From a virus (Duplodnaviria; Caudoviricetes), in IMG/VR virus record IMGVR_UViG_3300033145_003438, positions 1 to 52,383 of that record: DNA of 52,383 nt. One strand, 5' to 3'. The notes beneath the pieces are model-generated. The model saw nothing but the letters and a program-made list of their open reading frames with translations, was not told the origin of the DNA and did no database searches. Each line of letters opens with the position of its first letter. Position 1 is the first letter of the stretch. Shown piece by piece: positions 1-9,233 of this stretch. Both the position numbers and the translations under genes were made by a program.

Positions 1-438
1 ATGACGCCAGAATTGATCATACTCCACCATTCTCGAACCAAAGACAGCAAAACCCTCTCCATGGGGGCCATTCGTCGTTTCCATATCGAGGTCAACGGGT
101 GGGATGATATCGGGTATCACTTCGTTATCGAACAGATCAGAGATAGCTATGAAATCCTATTAGGCAGGATGCCCGACAGAATGGGTGCACACTGCCAAGG
201 GCAGAACAGCAGATCCATAGGAATATGTTTTGTCGGCAACTTTGACTATTCCCCTCCTCCTCCAGATCAATGGTCCCGCGGGCTGGAACTGATTTCATTT
301 CTTTTGAGACAATACAACCTCACACATGAAGACGTAAAGCCCCATAGCGACTTTAACACAACCAAAACTTGTCCCGGTCGGATGTTCGACATGGGGCTTT
401 TTTGTGCCGAACTGAGGAGGCTCATAGAAAGCACATGA
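1..438 (+). CDS. N-acetylmuramoyl-L-alanine amidase endolysin (Amidase_2/PGRP-like)
   Basis: IILHHS, GWDDIGYHFVI, GAHCQGQNSRSIGICFVGNF and H..KTCPG zinc-amidase motifs. Confidence 0.92.
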   Translation: MTPELIILHHSRTKDSKTLSMGAIRRFHIEVNGWDDIGYHFVIEQIRDSYEILLGRMPDRMGAHCQGQNSRSIGICFVGNFDYSPPPPDQWSRGLELISFLLRQYNLTHEDVKPHSDFNTTKTCPGRMFDMGLFCAELRRLIEST

Positions 439-692
439 ACGGCGAATACGAAATTGACAAAGATACATTCATGGGCCTGGACACATCAAAACAAAATTGG
501 ATGATGTATCAAACATTCAACAAATACCGCGTGGATTGCAATGAACGATTCAGCGAAAGCGAAAACCGGCTTGAAAAACTCGAAAACCGGAAAAGGTTTG
601 ATACCGCCGTTTCCGGTTCAGCAGGAGTTGTAGGCGGTTTTATAGCTATGGGCAGCATGTTGGTTGCCCGTGCTGTGGGATGGTTTAAATGA
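435..692 (+). CDS. Small membrane protein, putative holin
   Basis: GAGGAGG RBS, ATGA overlap with the endolysin stop, coiled coil then a C-terminal hydrophobic helix, position in the lysis cassette. Confidence 0.5.
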   Translation: MNGEYEIDKDTFMGLDTSKQNWMMYQTFNKYRVDCNERFSESENRLEKLENRKRFDTAVSGSAGVVGGFIAMGSMLVARAVGWFK

Positions 693-1075
693 GTAACAGG
701 CCAGAACGAATACGATATCGACACCTAACACCCGACGAGCGGTCTGTGGTCTGTAATGGGTGTGGACCCAAAGGCGGTTTTTTCCCAGTGCCTGAGTTTG
801 TCTTCACTTCAGCGTGTGACCAGCACGATTTCAATTATTTTCTTGGAAGTACCCGAGCGCAACGGAAGAAAGCCGATCTACAGTTTTTAGCCGAAATGAT
901 AGCCGAGGCCGCAGGGGTGAAGAAATATATTTGGCTGGCAAGAATTTATTACCGGGCGGTCCGATGGTTTGGCGTATTTTGTTTTCACTGGTCGCGCCGG
1001 CAGAGGACAAAAAGAGACCTGAAGGCATACCTAAAAAAGCACGAACATATTTTAGAGGGGAGGCTTCCAAAATGA
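689..1075 (+). CDS. Phospholipase A2-like protein
   Basis: CNGCGP ... ACDQHDFNY ... RKKADLQFL matches the PLA2 CxxHDxxY catalytic motif and downstream Asp. Confidence 0.6.
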   Translation: MSNRPERIRYRHLTPDERSVVCNGCGPKGGFFPVPEFVFTSACDQHDFNYFLGSTRAQRKKADLQFLAEMIAEAAGVKKYIWLARIYYRAVRWFGVFCFHWSRRQRTKRDLKAYLKKHEHILEGRLPK

Positions 1076-1533
1076 ACACTTTTGTTAAGTTTTTACTGGT
1101 TCCTATCGTTTTGACTGCATTGACCGCCGTCATGTTCATTATTCCGTCATGTCAACACGTGGGTACGGCACCGCCGTCAGTGTGCGATCAGCCAGGGAGT
1201 GAAAAGTCCGTCATTTGCCAGGTGTGCTCGGAGATAGGAGTACAGGCCGAGGATATTGACCTACTCCTGCAGATAGCAGCTGTCCGGGCGCTTGATGAAC
1301 ACGGAAAGAAAGAGGCCCTGAAATTTTACGACGATGTCGAATTTTATCTCAAGACCACGGCCACATATCGAGGCCTGATTCGGTACGTTCAAGAACAGGT
1401 AGATATCACGGGCCCAGAACTCCTGATCATATCCCGGTATTTTCCCATGTTCGACTCGACGCGGTTTATTTCAACCTTCGACCGGAACTTGATCTTGACC
1501 CACATCGAACGGATAAAGGCGCTTTTGGATTAG
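1072..1533 (+). CDS. Putative lipoprotein (lysis accessory?)
   Basis: ATGA overlap at 1072 with GGGAGG RBS; hydrophobic signal followed by lipobox-like IPS-C. Confidence 0.55.
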   Translation: MNTFVKFLLVPIVLTALTAVMFIIPSCQHVGTAPPSVCDQPGSEKSVICQVCSEIGVQAEDIDLLLQIAAVRALDEHGKKEALKFYDDVEFYLKTTATYRGLIRYVQEQVDITGPELLIISRYFPMFDSTRFISTFDRNLILTHIERIKALLD

Positions 1534-1560
1534 TGCAACAAAAAGCAGCAATTTCAGCAA

Positions 1561-2103
1561 ATGAAAAAGCTAAGCGAACAAAAGAAAAGATTTATGGATA
1601 ACCTCCTGAATGGAATGGGAAAACAGGAGGCTTATGAAAAGGCAGGGTATAAGGCAAGGGGTAGGGCGGCGGCTTCTTGTGCAACAAAAGTGCTTAAAAT
1701 TGCTGAGTTTGCAGCAATTTATAAGCAACGCAGAGAGGAGATCAGGGAAAAGGCCAGTGAAAAGGCACAGATAACCACAGAACGACTGATGGAAGAAGAA
1801 GCCAGGCTTGCATATTCTGACATTGGGGAACTTTACGGCGGGAAGTCTTTCATCCCACCAAACGAACTTCCTGAAGATGTCCGAAGGGCTGTTGCAGGTG
1901 TTAAAATTACAACACGCACATTTACCCCAAAGGGTAAGAAAAAACCAGTGACCGAAACAACCTATGAATACAAATTTTGGGATAAGGGAAAGGCCTTGGA
2001 TCGTCTCCATAAAATAAAAGGGGATTACGAGCAAGACAACGCCCAAAAGGCGGATAAAATTGTCATCAACCCTGATCATAAGGTTAAGAAAGGCAAAAAG
2101 TGA
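1561..2103 (+). CDS. terS: Terminase small subunit
   Basis: LSEQKKRF..AYEKAGY HTH, LAYSDI and YKFWDKGKALDRL motifs; directly upstream of terL. Confidence 0.85.
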   Translation: MKKLSEQKKRFMDNLLNGMGKQEAYEKAGYKARGRAAASCATKVLKIAEFAAIYKQRREEIREKASEKAQITTERLMEEEARLAYSDIGELYGGKSFIPPNELPEDVRRAVAGVKITTRTFTPKGKKKPVTETTYEYKFWDKGKALDRLHKIKGDYEQDNAQKADKIVINPDHKVKKGKK

Positions 2104-3602
2104 ACGAATCGGCAGGAAATGTTGAGGAGATACACTACGAAGCTCTTCCTACGATCCTAAAGTTCCACAATTCAAGCGCCAGGATTCGCGCCATGGTGGG
2201 GCCGGTCGGTAGTGGGAAGACAGTCGGCGCTGCGTGGGATATCTGTTATTACCTGCCATGGTTTTTGTATAACGAGTACAAAATACCCCACACGCGATGG
2301 GTGACAGTTAGAAACACCTACAAAGAACTCATTGATACAACCCAATCCAGCTACTTTGAATGGTTCTCCTGGGGCGATTATTACGGGAAACGGGAAATGT
2401 ATACCCTCGAATATCCCAACGGACCCAAGTTGGAGATTCTTTTCCGCGCCTGCGACCAAAAAAAGCACGTTCGGCAGTTTAAATCCCTCGAAGTTACCGG
2501 CTATCATATCGATGAGTCTATTGAGGTTTCCAAAGATGTAAAGCTGATGCTTCGCAATCGTATAGGGCGATATCCGCGTATTAAGTGCCTGAAGTGTCAG
2601 ACATTCATGAAGACCATTGAGGGCAGAGACGAGAATGGCGAAGTGACCGCTTTTTATCAATGCCCAAACTGTGATTATGTCCTTGACCCGGATATGCCTT
2701 TTAAATTCGGAATCGAGACAACCAACCCGCCGGACGTTGAGCACCCGACCTATTCAGAGTTCGATTGGGGCGATCAACCCCCTCCTGGACCCGTTACTGA
2801 GATAAAGCCCAAGAAAGGCTATGCCGGATTCTGGCAGCCACCCTATGAGAATAAAGCCAACCTGCCATTGCATTATTACCAGGATCTTATCGAGGACTAT
2901 AAAGATCAGCAGGATTGGGCTGAAATGTATGTCCAGGGCAAGCCCGGGATCATCGTCAAGGGCAAGCTGGTTTACAACAATTTCAGGCGTAAGATTCACG
3001 TTTCCAATGATCCGCTCGTTTGGAATGGCGGTCATCTTTACAGGGGTTGGGATGATTCCGGCAACACACCGGCCTGTATTGTCGTTTCGGTTCCTTCTCC
3101 CATGCGCGAGCATGTTTTAAAGGAGTTTGTGCACGACAAGATGAATATCGTGGACTTTGCAAAATGGGTGGTTTCCGAGTGCAACCAGATATTTCCTAAT
3201 GCCGATTGGACCGACTGGGACGATCCGGCAGGGTGGAATAAGTTTTCAAAGAAAGAAGGCGGTTTCACATCCAATGCTGAAATGATTCAGGAGGCAACAG
3301 GCATTGAAATGAACGCATCCGAGCAGAATCTGGATACGCGGATCAATTCAGTTGATGGCCAGTTGAATCTGATGGACGGAGTTCTTATAGACCCCAGTTG
3401 TGTGCGTCTTATCAACGGGTTCATGGGCGGGTATCACTATCCGGAGATCGGAACGACCGGGGAATATCACGACAAAATATCCAAAAACCGTTTTTCGCAC
3501 GTTCAGGACGCCTTTCAGTATGTCAACGTCCGACTATTTAAGCAGAAACTGAAAACCAAGAAACACAGAAGAAGAAAAAAGAGGAGCGCAATGGCGGCGT
3601 AA
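2100..3602 (+). CDS. terL: Terminase large subunit
   Basis: Walker A GPVGSGKT, Walker B YHIDE, TTNPP motif III, nuclease RGWDDSG and HVQDAFQY. Confidence 0.92.
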   Translation: MNESAGNVEEIHYEALPTILKFHNSSARIRAMVGPVGSGKTVGAAWDICYYLPWFLYNEYKIPHTRWVTVRNTYKELIDTTQSSYFEWFSWGDYYGKREMYTLEYPNGPKLEILFRACDQKKHVRQFKSLEVTGYHIDESIEVSKDVKLMLRNRIGRYPRIKCLKCQTFMKTIEGRDENGEVTAFYQCPNCDYVLDPDMPFKFGIETTNPPDVEHPTYSEFDWGDQPPPGPVTEIKPKKGYAGFWQPPYENKANLPLHYYQDLIEDYKDQQDWAEMYVQGKPGIIVKGKLVYNNFRRKIHVSNDPLVWNGGHLYRGWDDSGNTPACIVVSVPSPMREHVLKEFVHDKMNIVDFAKWVVSECNQIFPNADWTDWDDPAGWNKFSKKEGGFTSNAEMIQEATGIEMNASEQNLDTRINSVDGQLNLMDGVLIDPSCVRLINGFMGGYHYPEIGTTGEYHDKISKNRFSHVQDAFQYVNVRLFKQKLKTKKHRRRKKRSAMAA

Positions 3603-3662
3603 AGAGTTTTAACAATTTGGGCTAACTTTGGGAGTCGCGACCCGGAGGACAGCAAAAGAATT

Positions 3663-3706
3663 AAGGGGGCAGTTCGGTGCCGAACCATCGAATTGCCCCC
3701 TTTTTT
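3663..3706 (+). terminator. Long-stem terminator-like hairpin after terL
   Basis: 17-bp stem AAGGGGGCAGTTCGGTG/CATCGAATTGCCCCCTT (two G-U pairs), 6-nt loop, T tract. Confidence 0.55.
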
Positions 3707-3730
3707 GTTGCCCGTAAGGACAAAGGATAA

Positions 3731-4246
3731 ATGGCAGAACTTCAACGAGCACTTTCATACGATCAAGACGGGCAGCCGGTCATGGTGATTTTCAAGAAGA
3801 AAGCACCGGTTTTAACGTTTTCCGTCGAGAAAAAGACCATCGAGTCCTACATCATCGAGCAGAAAGACGCCTGGATGTACTCAAGGGATCACTATCCGGC
3901 CAAGATTCCAATCTTTCACGGTTGGAAGAAAAGGGGTCTTTTGGATGTGAACGGTAATCAACAAACTGTTCCGGATGTCACAGAACGGGTGGTCAGCTTC
4001 GATTATGCCATGAGGCTGAAAGCGAATGAACTTTGCTATCAGTTCGAACTGGGAGAGGCAACAACCCAGAGGTTCGCGCAGATCATATCCCTCATCGAGG
4101 ACGGACTGGGCGATCTCATAGCCATGCCCCCGCAGAAAACGGAAGATAAAGTTTTTGGGGAGATCAAGCTATCGTCTCAAGGACAAGATTTCTATAACGA
4201 CGCCACAGAGGAAGTGCCGATCACCGATAATGTAGTGAGTGGGTAA
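3731..4246 (+). CDS. Hypothetical protein between terL and portal
   Basis: AAGGA RBS, 171-aa ORF in operon context. Confidence 0.65.
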   Translation: MAELQRALSYDQDGQPVMVIFKKKAPVLTFSVEKKTIESYIIEQKDAWMYSRDHYPAKIPIFHGWKKRGLLDVNGNQQTVPDVTERVVSFDYAMRLKANELCYQFELGEATTQRFAQIISLIEDGLGDLIAMPPQKTEDKVFGEIKLSSQGQDFYNDATEEVPITDNVVSG

Positions 4247-4249
4247 AAA

Positions 4250-6394
4250 ATGGGCGCAGAAGAGTTTTACGACAACATAAGCAGGCATGACGGGGACGGA
4301 CTCACACCAGAGCAACAAGTAGAGGATATTCCCCACAACACGGGTACTATCGGATCTCATTTCCTCGATAAAGATCCGCAAACCCAGAAGTATTTCCGCA
4401 TGATCCGGTCCTGGCACAATTACGAACGGACCAAGCAGGCCGCGAATCGTGAAGAACGGATGAAGGACCATGATGTCCGTGATGGCGACCAATGGGATGA
4501 GGACGATAAGGAAGAGGTCGAGGCCAGGGGGCAGAAAGCGTCTGTGTTTAACCTGGTCAAGGGTACTTGCGATTGGATTACAGGCACGGAAAAGCGCACC
4601 AAGGTCGATTACGCCGTTCTTCCCAGGCGAAAAGAGGAAGCAAAAGAGGCCGAATCCAAGACCAAGATGTTCAAGTACACTTCCGATGTTTCGAAATTGA
4701 CCTTTGCGCGGTCAGCAGCGTTTGCCGATGGGGTTATTTCCGGTCTGGGTTGGATTGATACCGGCATCAGGTCGGATGAAAGCGACGATCCGATCTATGT
4801 TCGATATGAGGACTGGCGAAACGTCTGGTACGACTCCCACGCGAAAGAGCGTGATTTGTCTGACGGTCGTTACCAATTCCGTACAAAGGCTGTGGATCTT
4901 GATGTAGCAGTGGCCATGTTTCCCGATAGAGCGGATGCGATCATGGCCTCCTTTCATCAAAATGAGCTCAGCGATGATGAATACGCAGAAACGGGTATCA
5001 ATCCGGAAGAGGATGCTATTGCCGATCAGGGCGATGCTCTTGACGCCGGCGTGAAACGAGACAGGGTGAAGCTGATCTCCTGTGAATATCGCGTGCCTGC
5101 CAAGGTCAAGATCATTCGTGGAAAAGAACTGGGGTCGATAAATGGGTCTTTTTATGATGAGAAAAATGAAGGCATGGCCGGTCTCGTCGAATCAGGACAC
5201 GCTTCTCTCTACGATGCGATCAAGATGGTTATGTGGAAGATGATCTTTGTGGGTAACTTCGTGCTGCAGAACAGAAAACGAGTTTACAACCACAATCATT
5301 TTTCCCTGGTTCCATTCTGGGGATTCCGGAAAAAAAGAGACAATTCGCCTTATGGTGCGGTCCGGAACATGCGCGACCCCCAGGACGATTTGAATAAGCG
5401 CCGATCAAAAGCCCTTTACATCCTATCCACGAAACAGGTCATCCATGAAGAAGATACGATTGAGGATGTTGATGACTTTGCAGAGGAGATTGCACGTCCT
5501 GATGGGATCGCAGAGGTAAAAAAAGGGGCTCTTTCAGGTAACAAGATCCAAATCAACGAGGAAAGAGGTCTGGCCATAGAGCATGTCAGGCTTATGGAGC
5601 AGGACCAACAATTTATTGAGGCCACCGGAGGCGTGACGGACGAAAATAAGGGGCAAGAGACCAATGCGACATCTGGCAAGGCGATTCTGGCCCGGCAGGA
5701 ACAAGGACATGTCACAACCGCAGACCTGTTCGACAATTACCGGTACGCTTTTAAAACCCTTGGAGAAATTGTTCTTTCCCTGATGGAGCAGTTTTACTCA
5801 GAAGAAAAGACCATCCGGATTACCGGCAATGATGGACAGCCAGAATACGTCGAGATCAACAAACCTGGACAGGACGGGGAGAAGATCAATGATATTACAT
5901 CCACCCAGGCTGACTTTATCATCGATGCGCAGGAATACAACGCCACTGTTCAGCTATCCATGGCCGAACGACTGGGCGACATGATTTCTAAGTTACCGCA
6001 GGAAGTATCGGTCTATCTCGTAGACCTTTGGATCGCTATGGCGCCAGGGCTGCCGGAAAAAGAAAGAGAGGTCGCACTTGAGAGGATCAGAGGCAAGCTA
6101 AATCTTACCGACCCTGATGAAGATCCGGATGATCCCAAGGTAAAGGCACGAAAAGAGGCACAGGCAGCTGAGATGGAGAAGCAGAAAGCCATTGAGGACC
6201 GTCTCATCGCTCTGGAAATGGCTTTGAAAGAAGCTGAGATCAAAGAGAAGGAAGCTGAAGCGGAAAAGGATTTCGCAGACGCCGATGCAAAACGGGCCGC
6301 AATCGGAAACAAAAATGAGGAGATGCGAATCAAGCGGGCAGAGGTCTTGGATAAAATCGAAACGCGGGAACAACAGTCAGCAGCGGAAGGCTAA
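4250..6394 (+). CDS. Portal protein (P22-like)
   Basis: DGDQW, PYGAVRNMRDPQDDLNKRRS and NATSGKAILARQEQG motifs, C-terminal helical barrel. Confidence 0.92.
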   Translation: MGAEEFYDNISRHDGDGLTPEQQVEDIPHNTGTIGSHFLDKDPQTQKYFRMIRSWHNYERTKQAANREERMKDHDVRDGDQWDEDDKEEVEARGQKASVFNLVKGTCDWITGTEKRTKVDYAVLPRRKEEAKEAESKTKMFKYTSDVSKLTFARSAAFADGVISGLGWIDTGIRSDESDDPIYVRYEDWRNVWYDSHAKERDLSDGRYQFRTKAVDLDVAVAMFPDRADAIMASFHQNELSDDEYAETGINPEEDAIADQGDALDAGVKRDRVKLISCEYRVPAKVKIIRGKELGSINGSFYDEKNEGMAGLVESGHASLYDAIKMVMWKMIFVGNFVLQNRKRVYNHNHFSLVPFWGFRKKRDNSPYGAVRNMRDPQDDLNKRRSKALYILSTKQVIHEEDTIEDVDDFAEEIARPDGIAEVKKGALSGNKIQINEERGLAIEHVRLMEQDQQFIEATGGVTDENKGQETNATSGKAILARQEQGHVTTADLFDNYRYAFKTLGEIVLSLMEQFYSEEKTIRITGNDGQPEYVEINKPGQDGEKINDITSTQADFIIDAQEYNATVQLSMAERLGDMISKLPQEVSVYLVDLWIAMAPGLPEKEREVALERIRGKLNLTDPDEDPDDPKVKARKEAQAAEMEKQKAIEDRLIALEMALKEAEIKEKEAEAEKDFADADAKRAAIGNKNEEMRIKRAEVLDKIETREQQSAAEG

Positions 6395-6585
6395 ACAGCC
6401 TGTGCTCTCCTTGGGCGTCCTCCCCGGTGGCCGAACAAGGTTCAGTCGACGCGGCAAACAAAGCCTGTTCGAAATGCACAGGCCAGAAGATTAAAGGGGA
6501 AGCGGCGCCCCTGATCTGAGAGTCTTTCAGAAGGCAAACAGGTAAAGGCCGGGGAAACACATAATAATCATAAAGGAGAGATCAA

Positions 6586-7026
6586 ATGAAAACATTAGGC
6601 AACAGTGACGGAAATGGCGCGATGGAAAACGTATCAGACATTCAATTTTTTGGAAATCCGGACGCTTTCAAACTGATCTGCAAGGCATGGTCAGGTATTG
6701 AGGGGTGGATGAAGTCCACAAAGGCAATGGAGATCCCGGGAGCCGGTTGTTTGGTTCAAGTCACCACTCAACAGAAGAATCCCGATGGCAGTTATTCTAT
6801 TGCTGAGGCTCTTACAGCCATTCCTGGTGTGAGGATTGTTGAAGATACCGGTCCCGATGGAACGGTTATATCAAGGCGGCTGGCCAGCGGGCATCCAATT
6901 TCACCACCTGTTATTGGCGGTTTACCAGAAGGTCAAGACAAAGGATTTGCCGAAACAAGTGACGATAAACCGGAGTCTAAAAAGAAGGCCGTGAAAAAAC
7001 CCGCAAAGAAGACAGTGAAAAAATAA
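6586..7026 (+). CDS. Phage hypothetical protein
   Basis: AAGGAG RBS; globular EGWMKSTKAMEI..GCLVQVTTQQ domain plus Lys-rich tail. Confidence 0.65.
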   Translation: MKTLGNSDGNGAMENVSDIQFFGNPDAFKLICKAWSGIEGWMKSTKAMEIPGAGCLVQVTTQQKNPDGSYSIAEALTAIPGVRIVEDTGPDGTVISRRLASGHPISPPVIGGLPEGQDKGFAETSDDKPESKKKAVKKPAKKTVKK

Positions 7027-7054
7027 TCATTCATTAAACCAAGGAGAAAGGGAA

Positions 7055-8077
7055 ATGGGAACAAATGACGAACAACATGAAGGACTCAGTGAAGAGGAAA
7101 TCGCTGCGCTTGAGGACGATGAATCAGAAGTCGAAGGGTCTGGGGGTGATGACGACAAGGATTTATCAGAATCCGATAAAGACGCTGATACAAAGAGCGA
7201 TCAGGACGTCAAGGACAAGGATGCAGACGGAAAGGATGAGGCGGGAGATAAGAAAACTGGAACAGATGATGTCTCTTCCACCACAGATGATGGGGCTGAT
7301 ACCGCCAAAAAAAGCGATGACGGATCCGGCGATAAAACAACGGATGGAGCAGATGCAGGGACAGGCGATGAAAAGGAAAAGACCGCACCGGAACAAAAAC
7401 CGTTTGTTCCAAAATTCACTGGACCCGATAAGGCCGTTGTAGACGATCTGGAAACAAAAGTAAAAGACGCCAAAGCAAAGTTTGACGACGCCGAGGCAAA
7501 GTTTGACGAAGGGGAAATCGACTACCAAGCCTTGGATAAAATGAAAGATGAATGGCGTGATGTCAAGGATGAATGGCGTGAGGCTAAGATCAAGTTCGAC
7601 GTTGCTCATAGCATGGGCGAAGACACCGACCGTTCAAAGTGGGAATGGGAACAGGACCGGTTTTATGAAGATTTTTCGGACTTTGATGCAAAGAACAACG
7701 CCACTCTTCACAGTGCGTTTATCGCTACAGTGAATAGGGTAATTCATACTCCAGAAGCCAGCAAAATGACCGATCGACAAGTTCTATTGAAGGCCAAAGA
7801 ACAGGTTGAGAAGGATCTGGGTATCGCGTCGTCTGCGAATTCAGACAAATCGAATTCAGAGAAGCAAGCGGCTCTCGACAAAGCCAAAAAGGGAAATGCC
7901 GACCGATCCAAACTCGGTGCAGACATCGGCGGTCTTCCTGCAGCTGAAGACGAAGGCACAGACGGTACAGATGAATTTGCATATCTTGACAAGCTGGAAG
8001 GAGAGAAATTTGAACTGGCTGTAGCCAAACTCTCCGAAGAGCAGCTTGAGAAATATATGGACCGCAAAGAAAAATAA
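7055..8077 (+). CDS. Capsid scaffolding protein
   Basis: Acidic disordered N-terminus, helical core, position just upstream of MCP. Confidence 0.65.
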   Translation: MGTNDEQHEGLSEEEIAALEDDESEVEGSGGDDDKDLSESDKDADTKSDQDVKDKDADGKDEAGDKKTGTDDVSSTTDDGADTAKKSDDGSGDKTTDGADAGTGDEKEKTAPEQKPFVPKFTGPDKAVVDDLETKVKDAKAKFDDAEAKFDEGEIDYQALDKMKDEWRDVKDEWREAKIKFDVAHSMGEDTDRSKWEWEQDRFYEDFSDFDAKNNATLHSAFIATVNRVIHTPEASKMTDRQVLLKAKEQVEKDLGIASSANSDKSNSEKQAALDKAKKGNADRSKLGADIGGLPAAEDEGTDGTDEFAYLDKLEGEKFELAVAKLSEEQLEKYMDRKEK

Positions 8078-8126
8078 GCGGTCAAAAGTTCTTTTACATA
8101 GTGTTTTGAAGGCGTCCAAGTAGGCC

Positions 8127-8162
8127 CCGGTTCCAATATAGCCGACCGGTTCCAACATAGCC
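8127..8162 (+). repeat. Tandem 17-bp direct repeat upstream of MCP
   Basis: CCGGTTCCAATATAGCC (8127-8143) and CCGGTTCCAACATAGCC (8146-8162). Confidence 0.75.
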
Positions 8163-8241
8163 AGGTGAGCGGATGAACGGACAGTAAGTGAAATGTACGG
8201 GATTTCTATAACCTAACTATTTGGAAACGGGAGGAATTAAA

Positions 8242-8459
8242 ATGGGACAAACAGTAGTGGGTACCGGTGATGCGAAAGCGATCAAGAAGTTTTCTGCTTT
8301 TCTCGCACTCGATGTACCGAAAAAAGCGTATTGGACTCGGAAGTTCATGGGGTACGGCGAAACGGCCTCCATGCCTATCCAGATGCTGAAGGAACTGGAA
8401 AGTGATGCTGGTGAGCAGGTTACGTTTGACCTGACCATGCAGATGACGATGCAGCCGGT
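8242..8459 (+). CDS. Major capsid protein exon 1 (N4-gp56/DUF4043 family); spliced CDS join(8242..8459,9234..10140), 374 aa
   Basis: GGAGG RBS; MGQTVVGTGDAKAIKK..ELESDAGEQVTFDL..QPV continues in frame into EGDDVLENREEDLKFY after intron removal. Confidence 0.9.
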
Positions 8460-8615
8460 TAACCTTAGCCGCCTTGCCGCGTAAGTGGCATTGCAAAGTG
8501 GGTGAAATGCTGGAAACCCCTAAGAGCCCGAAACACCACAACGCAGCTGGCAACGGCAAACGTGATGGTTTGAAAAGGATCGGGATTGGGCAATCAGCAG
8601 CGAAGGTTCATGAGA

Positions 8616-9032
8616 TTAAAGAGAGTTGAGGATATGGAGTTGTTGTTTAAGAGAATGCCTGAGTTCCAAAATGTTTTTGTCAAGTCCTTGACGGGCTGGT
8701 CTGGAGCCAAAGGTTTTTCTGAATTTTATAGCTACTTCCGCCTGCTCTCTTTTTATAACAAGATATGGCAATACGTCGTAAAGCAACTTAAGAGCTGTTT
8801 TCGGAGATGCACGCCATTCGTGCTTTGGTTTCCAATTTGGTTTATGCGAAGGGCTTTTTCGGTGATATACCTGACCTCCAAATTTATCATACAGCCATTC
8901 AATAAGATCGGCTTTTGTATTGGTTACTCCGAGAATAAGGAAATGGCGGTTTTTCTTTTTGTAAAAAACAATAGAAAAATGTCCCTCTCCATCAAGAATG
9001 CCAGCAAGATACGCAAGGTTGGTTTTATTCAT
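8616..9032 (-). CDS. Single-motif LAGLIDADG homing endonuclease, antisense within the intron
   Basis: LAYLAGILDGEGHF motif, ..VLPYLVIKREQA tail; ATG 9032 preferred, ORF open to 9053. Confidence 0.88.
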   Translation of the reverse strand: MNKTNLAYLAGILDGEGHFSIVFYKKKNRHFLILGVTNTKADLIEWLYDKFGGQVYHRKSPSHKPNWKPKHEWRASPKTALKLLYDVLPYLVIKREQAEVAIKFRKTFGSRPARQGLDKNILELRHSLKQQLHILNSL

Positions 9033-9038
9033 AAGTTG

Positions 9039-9067
9039 TTTATGCACTTTCAAGAGATGTTTGTCAA
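9039..9067 (-). promoter_or_regulatory. Putative sigma70 promoter for the antisense endonuclease
   Basis: TTGACA (9067-9062), 17-nt spacer, CATAAA (9044-9039), then 6 nt to ATG 9032 with no SD. Confidence 0.5.
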
Positions 9068-9233
9068 CAATCTCGTGATCAACGTTCAGAGACTATCTCT
9101 TCGGAGAGTACGGCCAAGCGGCCGGAAGTGCCCACCACCCCAACGGGGTGATGATATAGTCCCAACTGTATGGAAACATGCAGCAGCCAATAGTTTGGCG
9201 GGGTAGGGTTAGCGATCCTACTTGAAGGTGCTG

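Larger units (their letters stand above)
8460..9233 (+). ncRNA. Group I self-splicing intron (IA2-like) in the MCP gene
   Basis: P4 TGCTGG(8508)/AATCAGCAG(8592); R GTTCAGAGACTA(9084); S GATATAGTCC(9153); P3 GTGGGT/GCCCAC; P7.1 and P7.2 hairpins; P1 CGGU/GCCG with U-G at the splice site; P10 CCUUA/UGAGG; terminal G9233. Confidence 0.93.

Noticed and set aside
6450-6550. c-di-GMP-I riboswitch or HDV-like ribozyme (two GGCAAAC; TCCCCGGT loop nearby)
   Set aside because: The GNRA hairpin/GACGCAAA elements and an HDV P1 partner could not be found
8586-9206. 206-aa + strand ORF inside the intron
   Set aside because: Shadow of the antisense LAGLIDADG gene and intron core; no recognisable motifs
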